From assembly GCA_964640155.1 (NCBI GenBank), contig CAZXEQ010000003.1:254189-286188 (forward strand): a DNA stretch of 32,000 nt, given 5' to 3'. Below, piece after piece: positions 1 through 8,800 of the stretch (its first letter is position 1; each line of letters starts with the position of its first letter). The notes under the pieces are model-generated. The model worked only from the letters and a program-made list of their open reading frames with translations, was not told the DNA's origin and made no database searches. Made by a program: the position numbers and the translations under genes. Source of the DNA: an uncultured bacterium. GTDB lineage: Bacteria; Auribacterota; JACPWU01.

Positions 1-1650
1 ACTTATAAGCTCATATTTTTTAATTGAAAGTTTTTCTCCTGTGCTGATTTCACTTTTAATTTCTTGATTAAAAGCATTTCCTCCCACTCCCACAAATATC
101 ATGACAATGCCTAAATGAACGACATAGCCTCCATAGCGACGAGCATTTTTGCGTGTGAGGTTGATGAGGGCAATCAATACATTCTCTCTTGTAGAGCGTA
201 TTCTTGCCAAAGTTCCTCTATAAAACTCAAGAAAAACAGTGAGTATGACAAAAAATGAAAGAGTGAAACAAGTCCACGCATATAAGTGGTGAATACCCAT
301 AAACCAAATGCTTGCACCCAAAATCATCGAAAGAATAATGGGTAAAGAAAAATTCTTTTTAAGGCTGGCCCAAGATGTTTTGCGCCAGGCTAAGAGAGGA
401 CCTACCCCTGTTAAAAAAAGTAGAATGATGCCAATGGGAATGTTTACTTTATTAAAGAACGGGGCCCCCACTGTTATTTTTTGACCCTGAACCGCTTCAG
501 AAATAATGGGAAATACAGTTCCCCAAAGAACGGCAAAGCAGGCTGTGAGTAATATCCAATTATTAAGTAAAAAACCTGCTTCTCGAGATAGAACAGATTC
601 AAGCGTGTTCTCAGATTTTAGAAAAGAGATTCTTCTAAAAATAACAACAAAACAAAAGACTATAGCGATCATAAGAAAAACAATAAAATAGGAACCAATG
701 GCGGAACGAGCAAAAGAATGTACAGAGCTTACAATGCCACTTCGTGTCAGAAATGTCCCAAAAATAGACAGAATAAATGTTAGTGCGACAAGAATCATAT
801 TCCAAATTTTAAGCATGCCTTTTTTTTCTTGAATGAGGCAAGAGTGCAAGAAAGCTGTGGCTGTGAGCCAGGGCATGAGGGATGCATTTTCGACAGGATC
901 CCAGGCCCAATATCCACCCCAACCGAGTTCTACATAAGCCCATTTGGCGCCCAAGAGAATTCCTGTCCCCAATAAGGCCCAGCTTACAATAGCCCATTTA
1001 CGAGTGGTGCGAATCCATTCTGTACTTTTATTTCGAGTGATGAGTGCTGCCATGGCAAATGCAAAAGGAGCAATCGTTCCAATGTATCCTAAGTAAAGAA
1101 TGGGGGGATGAATCAGCATGGCAAAATATTGCAAGAGCGGATTAAGGCCTTTCCCATCCTCGGGTTGATAGGGATAAATATGACCCTGGCCGTGATCAAC
1201 AACCAGTTCTTTAAAAGGATTGGCTACTACTGTGTTAAGAAGCAGAAAGAAAAAAGAAGTACTCATTAAGATGATGATGATCCAGGGGATTAAACCGATA
1301 TGACGGTGTTTATTTTGGAAAACAATCAGAGCGCTAAAACCCGTAAGAATCCAAGACCAAAAAAGAAGAGACCCTTCTTGTCCTCCCCAAAGGGCGGCCA
1401 GTTTATAAAAAGGGGACATGCTCGAGTTTGAAAATTGGGAGACATATTGAATATGAAAGTTATCGTTTAAAAGCTCTGTCCAAAGAGCAATGATAGCGAG
1501 AGTTACAAAAATCCAAACCATAAAAACAGAATGTCTGGCGCTTTGTATAAGTGAAAATCTTGTTTGTCGAGTTCCCATCCATGCAGCGATGATTGCATAG
1601 GCTGAAAAGGCGAAAGCACAGATGAGAGAGAGATTACCTAGGCTGGACAT
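1..1650 (-). CDS. ccmF: Cytochrome c-type biogenesis protein CcmF (heme lyase), C-terminus runs off the window
   Basis: Absent from the ORF track because it runs off the window. My minus-strand translation from the ATG at 1650-1648 reads MSSLGNLSLICAFAFSAYAIIAAWMG... and stays open to nt 1. It contains the WWD heme-handling motif LGWGGYWAWDPVENASLMPW (about nt 868-930) and RRYGGYVVHLGIVMIFVGVGG (about nt 90-160). The start overlaps the ccmE stop by 17 nt. Confidence 0.9.
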   Translation of the reverse strand, partial: MSSLGNLSLICAFAFSAYAIIAAWMGTRQTRFSLIQSARHSVFMVWIFVTLAIIALWTELLNDNFHIQYVSQFSNSSMSPFYKLAALWGGQEGSLLFWSWILTGFSALIVFQNKHRHIGLIPWIIIILMSTSFFFLLLNTVVANPFKELVVDHGQGHIYPYQPEDGKGLNPLLQYFAMLIHPPILYLGYIGTIAPFAFAMAALITRNKSTEWIRTTRKWAIVSWALLGTGILLGAKWAYVELGWGGYWAWDPVENASLMPWLTATAFLHSCLIQEKKGMLKIWNMILVALTFILSIFGTFLTRSGIVSSVHSFARSAIGSYFIVFLMIAIVFCFVVIFRRISFLKSENTLESVLSREAGFLLNNWILLTACFAVLWGTVFPIISEAVQGQKITVGAPFFNKVNIPIGIILLFLTGVGPLLAWRKTSWASLKKNFSLPIILSMILGASIWFMGIHHLYAWTCFTLSFFVILTVFLEFYRGTLARIRSTRENVLIALINLTRKNARRYGGYVVHLGIVMIFVGVGGNAFNQEIKSEISTGEKLSIKKYELIS

Positions 1651-2128
1651 AGGGCTCGGTAGCTATGGAACTCTTTTTTGTTTTTTGTTCCGCTTCATAT
1701 TTCGATGCACATTTGGCTTGGATTTTTTGTGCTAAGAAGATGCCATTATTATCCAAAGTTCCTTCAACCACAGCTTGACCTCCTTCTTTAAAAGTATCTG
1801 GAACAGGATCTCGGCCAATATAATGGACAGGTAGACTTAAAATTTCCTGCCCCCTGTCGGGGACTGCAGCAGCCTGCCCCCTAGCGGGGACTACAGAAGA
1901 TTGATGTATTGTGAAATAAAGGTCTGTCCCTTTTCTTTGGATAGAACCGTTTGTCACTTCACCTGCAACCCGAACACGTGTGCTTTTACCTTCAGCTTTC
2001 ATTGTTTTCAATTCTGTAATCGTAACGTAATAGGCCTTCCCTTCTTTAAACCCAGAGAAAGCAAGCCAGGTGAGAGTACTAAGAATGATGGAAATCCCGA
2101 TTATGAATTTTAAATGATGTCGTTGCAT
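1634..2128 (-). CDS. ccmE: Cytochrome c maturation heme chaperone CcmE, CxxxY variant
   Basis: 164-aa ORF with an N-terminal membrane anchor (IIGISIILSTLTWLAF) and OB-fold-like body (VRVAGEV..GSI....DLYFTI...VHY.G..PDTFKEGGQAVVEG). The C-terminal motif is AKCASKYEA where canonical CcmE has LAKHDENY. It lies directly upstream of, and overlaps, ccmF. Confidence 0.85.
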   Translation of the reverse strand: MQRHHLKFIIGISIILSTLTWLAFSGFKEGKAYYVTITELKTMKAEGKSTRVRVAGEVTNGSIQRKGTDLYFTIHQSSVVPARGQAAAVPDRGQEILSLPVHYIGRDPVPDTFKEGGQAVVEGTLDNNGIFLAQKIQAKCASKYEAEQKTKKSSIATEPYVQPR

Positions 2129-2289
2129 GATTTTCCTGTTTTTAGCCTTGAAAGTGAGAAGGGCGAATCATAGCACAAAATATATATTCATAGCAAGATT
2201 TTTCGAATCAATATTAATTTTATAACTATTTGATAATAAGCATATTATAAATATTTTGTTCTGCAGGACAGGCCTACTATCTAAAACGG

Positions 2290-2298
2290 TGGTATAAT
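2290..2298 (+). promoter_or_regulatory. Putative extended -10 promoter element TGGTATAAT for the 1108-aa ORF
   Basis: Exact TGnTATAAT match 56 nt upstream of the ATG at 2355, in a 226-nt AT-rich divergent intergenic region. The identical 9-mer lies upstream of the paralogous ORF at 5765-5773. Confidence 0.35.
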
Positions 2299-2354
2299 TA
2301 AAGACGGTTTAGTGAAGTTGATCAACGCAGGGGGGAAGCGAAAGGTTTTAGATA

Positions 2355-5300
2355 ATGCGAAAGCTTCTTGCGTTATTCATTAGCCTAACGTTGTTAGATG
2401 GTGGATTAAGTAAAGAGGTTTTTTCAGATTCTTCTCCCCGAGAAGCTAAACCCATTTACTCCAGTTTTTCCGATTTTCTCCAAAAAGTTAAAGCTGATTT
2501 AGAACCCTTTGTTCAATTTGGTCAAACCTCACTTGCGAATCCTGATAAACCTTTTTTTATTTTATTGCGTGATCTTCATTGTAATTATGAAGCTCAACTT
2601 TCTATTGCTAAAGCGATAGAAGTAGTCGCCAGTTATCAGTTATCAGTCTCCAGTAAAAATAATCCCTTAGTAACTGGCGACCGGCGACTGAGGACTGGTG
2701 ACGGTTTTTTAGTTTTAACCGAAGGTGCTGATGGGCCTGAAGATACAAGTTTGCTGGGAACATTTCCAGATAAAAAAGTAAGGGAAGAAGGATCAAGGGC
2801 ATTCATGAAAGAAGGAAAAATGACGGGTGCAGAGTTTTTGTCGATTACAAGATATGGAGAAATTCCTATTCACATTGAAGGCGTTGAAGATGCAGATTTA
2901 TATATAGAGAATCTTAAAGCTTTTCAGAAAGTTATTGGCAAGAGAGACGATGTTAAAAGCTTTATTGCAAAAACTGAAGAAGTCTTGAATCAAGTGAAGG
3001 AAAAGATTTATTCTCCCGAGTTGGTTGAATTAGAAGCCAAAGAACATCGTTATCAGGAGGGAAAAGAAAATATTGCTGTTTATGGAAAATACATTAGGGA
3101 AATTTATCTGAAATCATTAAGTGATCAGGGGACCCAGTTAGAAGGGTCGTTCAATGTAGATTTCCCTAATCTCGCTCTTTTTCTTGAAATGGCTCAAGCA
3201 CATCAAGAAATTTCAGCAGAAGAGGTAGAGAAGGAAAGAGTTGCTGCGATGGAGACACTGAGTCAAAAACTCCCTAAAGAGGAATTGGCGACACTCATTA
3301 AGCAAGCCCTGGAATATCGATTAGGGAAAGTTACCGGTTCAGATTATTGGAAAAATTTTTTTCAACTCGTACAAAAAAATCTAGATGTAGAAAAATATAA
3401 AACATTAGCAAAATACGCTCAATTAATGGGCAAAGAAAGCCTTCTGAATCATGAAACATTACTAGATGAAATCGAAAAGATAACTCAGAAGAGCAAAGAA
3501 AGATTGATGACTAAACAGGAAGAAAAAGAGGTTGCGAGTTTTAGTAAAAGACTTGAATTGTTAAAAAGGCTTTTAAATCTTGAGATGAGTCGAGATGATC
3601 TTGAGTTTTATCAAGCATGTTCTCAAGAAGCAGATATTGGCGTGATGCTTAAGCAATTAAAAGAATTCTCTGAAAAATGTGGCGTGGATTTTTCAAAGAA
3701 AATTTCAATTGAAAAAGAAGTGCAAAAGATTTCTAGCTTGCAAGCGGCCGCTCAAAAGTTTTATGAATTGGCTTTGAAGCGAGATGAGATGATGGCGGGG
3801 AAGGCTTTAAGGGCAGTGGATAATAAGCTACCCACAATCCACTATCCCCAAATCACTGTTTTAATCACCGGCGGTTTCCATTCTAGTGGTGTTGCCAAAA
3901 TTTTAAAAGAAGCAGGTGCTGGATTTATTATTTTAACTCCTCGAATCAAGGGCCAAATTGAAATGACAAATTATTTTCAATTAATGATGCATGAACAATT
4001 AAGGATGGGAACACTTGATTTTATTCATTTATTTGGACAAAAACTTGCACAAAGATTTCCTGAGATGGTTAGGGGAATGATGGAAGAAGCAATAAATGAA
4101 TTTATTGCTTTGGCTACAAAGCATAAAGTTTCTCAAGAACGACTTGTAGAATGGTTCGATGAATTAGTGCAGACGCATAACGAAGCAACAAGTTTTATCG
4201 CAGAGTTAAAAGCAAAAATTGTCAGTGATGGAACTCCTCCAATATCTCCATCTTCTTCAAAGAATAAACCAACTTTTATTCATACTGGTTTGCAAAAGCA
4301 AATTATTGATGCTCTTGTAGTAAGAGAAAAACCCGAAATGCAAGCGAGTGCTAAAGAACACTTAGAAGTTTTATTTGAACGCCTTAATGCCTCTATAGGC
4401 CCTAGCTGGTTTGCTGATGGAAGGATTTGTGGAAATTTGGCTGGGGTGAGAATTCTTGTTGAATTAATGGAGCAAGCAGACTTAAGTAAACCAGAGAATA
4501 GAGCACAGGAAATATCGAAATTAGCCAGAGAACTTTTTTGTTATCAAGTATTTCAGCAGATTTTGTCACCTATTTTAAGTGATCGTGAGCGAGAAAGTAT
4601 CATAGGTAGTTTGCCAGAAGATTTTAAAGAAAAATATGGACCATGCGAGGCAGAGGAGATTTTAGCCCGATTTTTAACTTCATTAATAACGGGCAAAGAT
4701 CAAGCTTCTTTAGCCCTCGATAGAGGGCAGAATCTTTTCGAAGATGTTTCTTTGGATTTGGAAGAGGCTTTAAGAGGAAAAACTTCTTTAGCAACTATTT
4801 TTGAGTTAATAGATGAAATGGGATCTTCGGAAAGTGATCGTGAACGGGTTGTTCAAGCCTTAGCAGCTCAAGTATCTATGACTGCTGATGAGGTAAAGGC
4901 TCGAGCGAGTCGTGCAGAAAATATAAATCATTTGGTTCAGGCAGGCTCAGTAACTTTAAGAGCTTGGGAAAAAATACAAAAAATAATTGCTTCAAGCTTC
5001 GAAGGTAAAAGACCTCGAGCTTATGTTTTTGAAATTCAAAATGAGCAAGAACTTATAGGACTTGCAGCTGCCTACCGTCAAATGCGATCTGTAGACAAGA
5101 AGGGGCATATCATTTTGAATACTTCTTTGGATAAGGGAGTGATTTTGAAATGGATGAGAACTCAAGGTTTGTCTGAAGAATTATTGGGTAAGGAAATTCA
5201 TGTGATCGATTTAGCTAAAAGAGGAAGGGTTGAGGAGCTGTTGGTGGGTATTCGTGGGTTAGAGGGTGCAACATTTTCTGAAGCTCAGACTGACGATATG

Positions 5301-5681
5301 GTGTTTGTGGTTTCTTCTGAAGAGTCTCGAACGCGTTTTCAGCCCAGGCAATACAAAGTGTTAATAGGACAATTGGGAGAATCAAGTCAATGGTCTCATC
5401 TGGTTCCTGATGCGATGGGAATGGCTTTAATTTTAGGAAGTGTTGATAAGGCTTTTGATAGAAATGAGATGACGAATGAATTAAGAAAGAGATTGGAAGC
5501 CTTTTTAATCGAAATCGCTCGTGAATATTTTACTGGAGAAGAAGATCAAGATAGGGAAGTGCAAGAAATGATTAACGAAATTGCCGAAAATGGGTATTTC
5601 AAAATGCCCCCATGGACCAACCCCATAGATTTAATGATGAATGAACTGGCTGCTCAAGAAATGATCGAGACTTCGGCATAA
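2355..5681 (+). CDS. Large secreted hypothetical protein (paralog A): shared N-terminal head plus unique C-terminal half
   Basis: 1108-aa uninterrupted ORF with a Sec-type signal peptide (MRKLLALFISLTLLDGGLSKE). Residues about 55-625 align clearly with the next ORF (KPFFILLRDLHCNYEAQ, FLVLTEGADGPEDTS, GAEFLSITRYGEIPIHIEGVEDADLYIENLKAFQ, TIHYPQITVLITGGFHSSGVAKILKEAGAGFIILTP). I recognise no named family with certainty. Confidence 0.85.
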   Translation: MRKLLALFISLTLLDGGLSKEVFSDSSPREAKPIYSSFSDFLQKVKADLEPFVQFGQTSLANPDKPFFILLRDLHCNYEAQLSIAKAIEVVASYQLSVSSKNNPLVTGDRRLRTGDGFLVLTEGADGPEDTSLLGTFPDKKVREEGSRAFMKEGKMTGAEFLSITRYGEIPIHIEGVEDADLYIENLKAFQKVIGKRDDVKSFIAKTEEVLNQVKEKIYSPELVELEAKEHRYQEGKENIAVYGKYIREIYLKSLSDQGTQLEGSFNVDFPNLALFLEMAQAHQEISAEEVEKERVAAMETLSQKLPKEELATLIKQALEYRLGKVTGSDYWKNFFQLVQKNLDVEKYKTLAKYAQLMGKESLLNHETLLDEIEKITQKSKERLMTKQEEKEVASFSKRLELLKRLLNLEMSRDDLEFYQACSQEADIGVMLKQLKEFSEKCGVDFSKKISIEKEVQKISSLQAAAQKFYELALKRDEMMAGKALRAVDNKLPTIHYPQITVLITGGFHSSGVAKILKEAGAGFIILTPRIKGQIEMTNYFQLMMHEQLRMGTLDFIHLFGQKLAQRFPEMVRGMMEEAINEFIALATKHKVSQERLVEWFDELVQTHNEATSFIAELKAKIVSDGTPPISPSSSKNKPTFIHTGLQKQIIDALVVREKPEMQASAKEHLEVLFERLNASIGPSWFADGRICGNLAGVRILVELMEQADLSKPENRAQEISKLARELFCYQVFQQILSPILSDRERESIIGSLPEDFKEKYGPCEAEEILARFLTSLITGKDQASLALDRGQNLFEDVSLDLEEALRGKTSLATIFELIDEMGSSESDRERVVQALAAQVSMTADEVKARASRAENINHLVQAGSVTLRAWEKIQKIIASSFEGKRPRAYVFEIQNEQELIGLAAAYRQMRSVDKKGHIILNTSLDKGVILKWMRTQGLSEELLGKEIHVIDLAKRGRVEELLVGIRGLEGATFSEAQTDDMVFVVSSEESRTRFQPRQYKVLIGQLGESSQWSHLVPDAMGMALILGSVDKAFDRNEMTNELRKRLEAFLIEIAREYFTGEEDQDREVQEMINEIAENGYFKMPPWTNPIDLMMNELAAQEMIETSA

Positions 5682-5694
5682 GCACTTCTTATGC
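5676..5694 (+). terminator. Weak stem-loop overlapping the stop codon of paralog A
   Basis: GCATAAG-cactt-CTTATGC forms a 7-bp stem and 5-nt loop, followed by AT-rich sequence without a clean U-tract. Confidence 0.2.
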
Positions 5695-5764
5695 ATATCT
5701 TAATATATTCTACAAGAACAAGTTAAATAATAATTGATATGTGCTTCCAAAATCATCATTTTTA

Positions 5765-5773
5765 TGGTATAAT
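5765..5773 (+). promoter_or_regulatory. Putative extended -10 promoter element TGGTATAAT for the giant ORF
   Basis: Exact TGnTATAAT match 64 nt upstream of the ATG at 5838. It is the same 9-mer found upstream of paralog A. Confidence 0.35.
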
Positions 5774-5837
5774 GAACCTATTATTGGGTGATCGAATCTA
5801 CTTGTGTCTGTGATGCTTAGATCTTTTGGGGAAATCC

Positions 5838-8800
5838 ATGAGTTTATTGAAAAAAATTATCATTTGTTTGCTCATTTTAGGTCAATTGGACTTAGGATGG
5901 GCTCAAGAGCTTTCCAAGTCAAAAAGAATATTAAAGTCAGAATTATCTCCAGTAAAAACTTTTATTAAAGAGCTTCAGAAAAAGCTCACTCCTTTCGTCA
6001 TCTTTGGGGAACAATTTTTCCATTCAACTTCAGACAAGCCCTTTTTTATTTTATTTCGAGATCTTCATTGTAATTACGAAGCACAGCAGAATATTGTGAA
6101 GACTTTAGAAATTATTTTGACGCAAAACGCTGTACACAATACGCACGACAATTTTTTAGTTTTAACCGAAGGTGCAGATGGGCCAGAAGACACAAGCTTC
6201 TTAGGAAAATTTCCAGACAAAAAGGTTCGGGAAGAAGCGTCTCAAAAATTTATGAAAGAAGGAAAAATAACCGGAGCAGAATTTTTATCGATTGCGAAGT
6301 ATGGAGAAATCCCTATTCAGATTGAAGGTATTGAAGATGCAGATTTGTATGTTGAGAATCTTAAAGCTTTTCAAGCTGTGATGGGGAAGAAACAACAAAC
6401 AGATGCTTTTGTTGAAGCAGCTGAATCCGTGATGGAAGAAATAAAGGTCAAAACCTTTTCTCAAAAGCTTTTAGAACTGGATGTGAAGGAAAATGAATTT
6501 GAGAAAGACTCGATTAAATTAGAGGAGTACGTGAGCTATCTTGGGAATCAGAATATACATTCTCTTGAGAAACTAGAGCAGTATCCAAACCTTTCTATTT
6601 TTTTTGAGTTGATATCCCATCAAGAAAGTATTTCTTCTGAGAGGGTTGAAGAAGAAAAAAATAAAGTTATAGAACAATTAAGCAAAAAACTACCTAAAGA
6701 AGAATTAAATCTTTTGATTCAACAAAGCTTGAAGTTAAGATTAGGAAAGGTTGCCCAGGAAGATTATTTTGGGAGTTTAGAGGAGCTGACTAAGAAAAAT
6801 CTTAAGTCGGAGAGATACCCTAGTCTCATCACCTATATCAGTATCGTGAAGAAGCAGGCAGAATTAAATCATGAATTATTGCTTGATGAAATCTATAAGC
6901 TTTCTGAAAAATTAAAGCAAGCCTTGGCGACGACAAGAGTTGAAAAAGAACTACTAACTCTTGATAAAAATTTGACTATTTTAAAACAGATGTTTCGATT
7001 AGAGATGACACGTGAGAATTTGGAGTTTGTGAAAGAGCATCGACAAATTTACCAAGTCGAAAGCATTATTGAACAGTTAAAGAAGTGCGTTTTGAAATCC
7101 AAAATTATCTTTCCTAAAGCATTTAATTCCCCTAGGCAAATTCAAGATCTCTCAGAAATATTTCAAGCGAGTGAACTTTTTTATGATTTAGCATTGAAGA
7201 GAGATGAAGTGATGGCTAGAAAGGCTTTAAAAGCAGTGGATAGTAATTGGAGGATAGGGGATAGTGACTTAAAGGAGATTATTAATAAAAACGATAAACT
7301 ATCCACAATCCACTATCCACAAATTCCTGTTTTGATCACTGGCGGCTTCCACTCTGACGGTATCACCAAAATTTTAAAAGAAGCAGGAGCAGGTTTTGTT
7401 GTTCTTACTCCAAAAGTAAATCAATCTCATGATATAAAAAATTATTTATCGCTCATGATGGATCAACGAATTCGTATTACGGCCTTAGATTTCTTTCATA
7501 TTTTTGGAAGAAAACTGGCGGAACGGTTCCCTGGGATGTCTCATGGCTTGTTGAAAGAGATCATTAGGGACTTTGTTGAATTAGGAAAGCAATATCAAAT
7601 TAATCCATATCAGCTGCACGCTTGGCTCGATCAAATTCAGGATGTAGACAAAACTATTTTAGATGAGATTCGCAAGATAATAGTTATTGAAAACCGTCCG
7701 GGACTTCCAAGGTGGGTAATGACTGTTGAAACAATAGCGGTATTGGTATTACGATTAAGTTCTATTACTGCCAATTTGACAGCGGATGTACTTACAGAAT
7801 TAGATAGAAAAGGGCGTCTCGACAGAAGGTTATATGAAGAAGTGGAGGAAAAATTTGTTTGGAGGCAAGAAGAAGTTCCAAAAATTAAGGTTGGTCTAGC
7901 AGCTTTGGCTGATTTTATTTATTTAGATCTTTTATGTGCTAAAGAGAGAGAAATGGATCAAGAACAAATGCTTCAATTAGTTTATCAATCTGCTCAAGCA
8001 AGGATTAAGGTATTTAGCTTGCTGCGTCCTCGTATGAAACAGGTTTTATTGGATAATAAGGTTAATTATTTTTTAGGCATTCAAAATATTTTAATAGTTA
8101 TTGATGAGCTTGAAGCTCATCGAGATGATTACGCTCGAATTGTCCAAGAATATTATAAAGAATATTTTTCTCGAGAAGGATTAAAAGGTTTTTTGGAATC
8201 TCCTCAGGGCTATTTTGGATCAGGTCGCGCTAATCTTTGGGGAAAAAGTCAGTTTCAAAAGTGGGCACGAGCGGAGCAGAGAATTATGTCAGATAAAACT
8301 TCATCAAAAACTGTTTCAACAGAAGGATCTTTAGGTATTAAGGGCGAAGAAGAGGTTATTTCTGATGCTAATCCGCTCTTGTCTATCTCTTATGTAGGAC
8401 ATGCTATGGAAGTTAAGAGACAAGTGAATCCTGATAATAAACCTTTAGTAGCTGTGTATGCTGGAGCAGGAACAGATATTTCTTCTTTTCTGCTAACTAC
8501 AAATGCGACGGAAGGATATTTTTTAGATCGCTCATCATTTGATATTAGAACTTTAAAGGATTTAGTTGAAGATGAAGAAAGTTGGGATAGCATTGATCTT
8601 GATGATCCATATATACGATCGAAGAGTACGATTGGGTATGGAGGATATGGATATTTAACTTTTAATCAGTTTCCTTTAAGAATTGTCCAGGAATTAAAAA
8701 GTATAGGTGTTAAACGAGAGTCTATTAAAATAGATATTCAGGATGGACGCGTAAATATTCAATTTTTATGGACTTACCCGGGAACTACCCAAGAGAGAAT

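Noticed and set aside
506-997. ORFs 506-691 (+) and 809-997 (-) in the first kilobase.
   Set aside because: Both fall inside the ccmF reading frame (minus strand, codon phase set by the ATG at 1650), which carries the WWD motif. They are in other frames or on the other strand and have no motifs.
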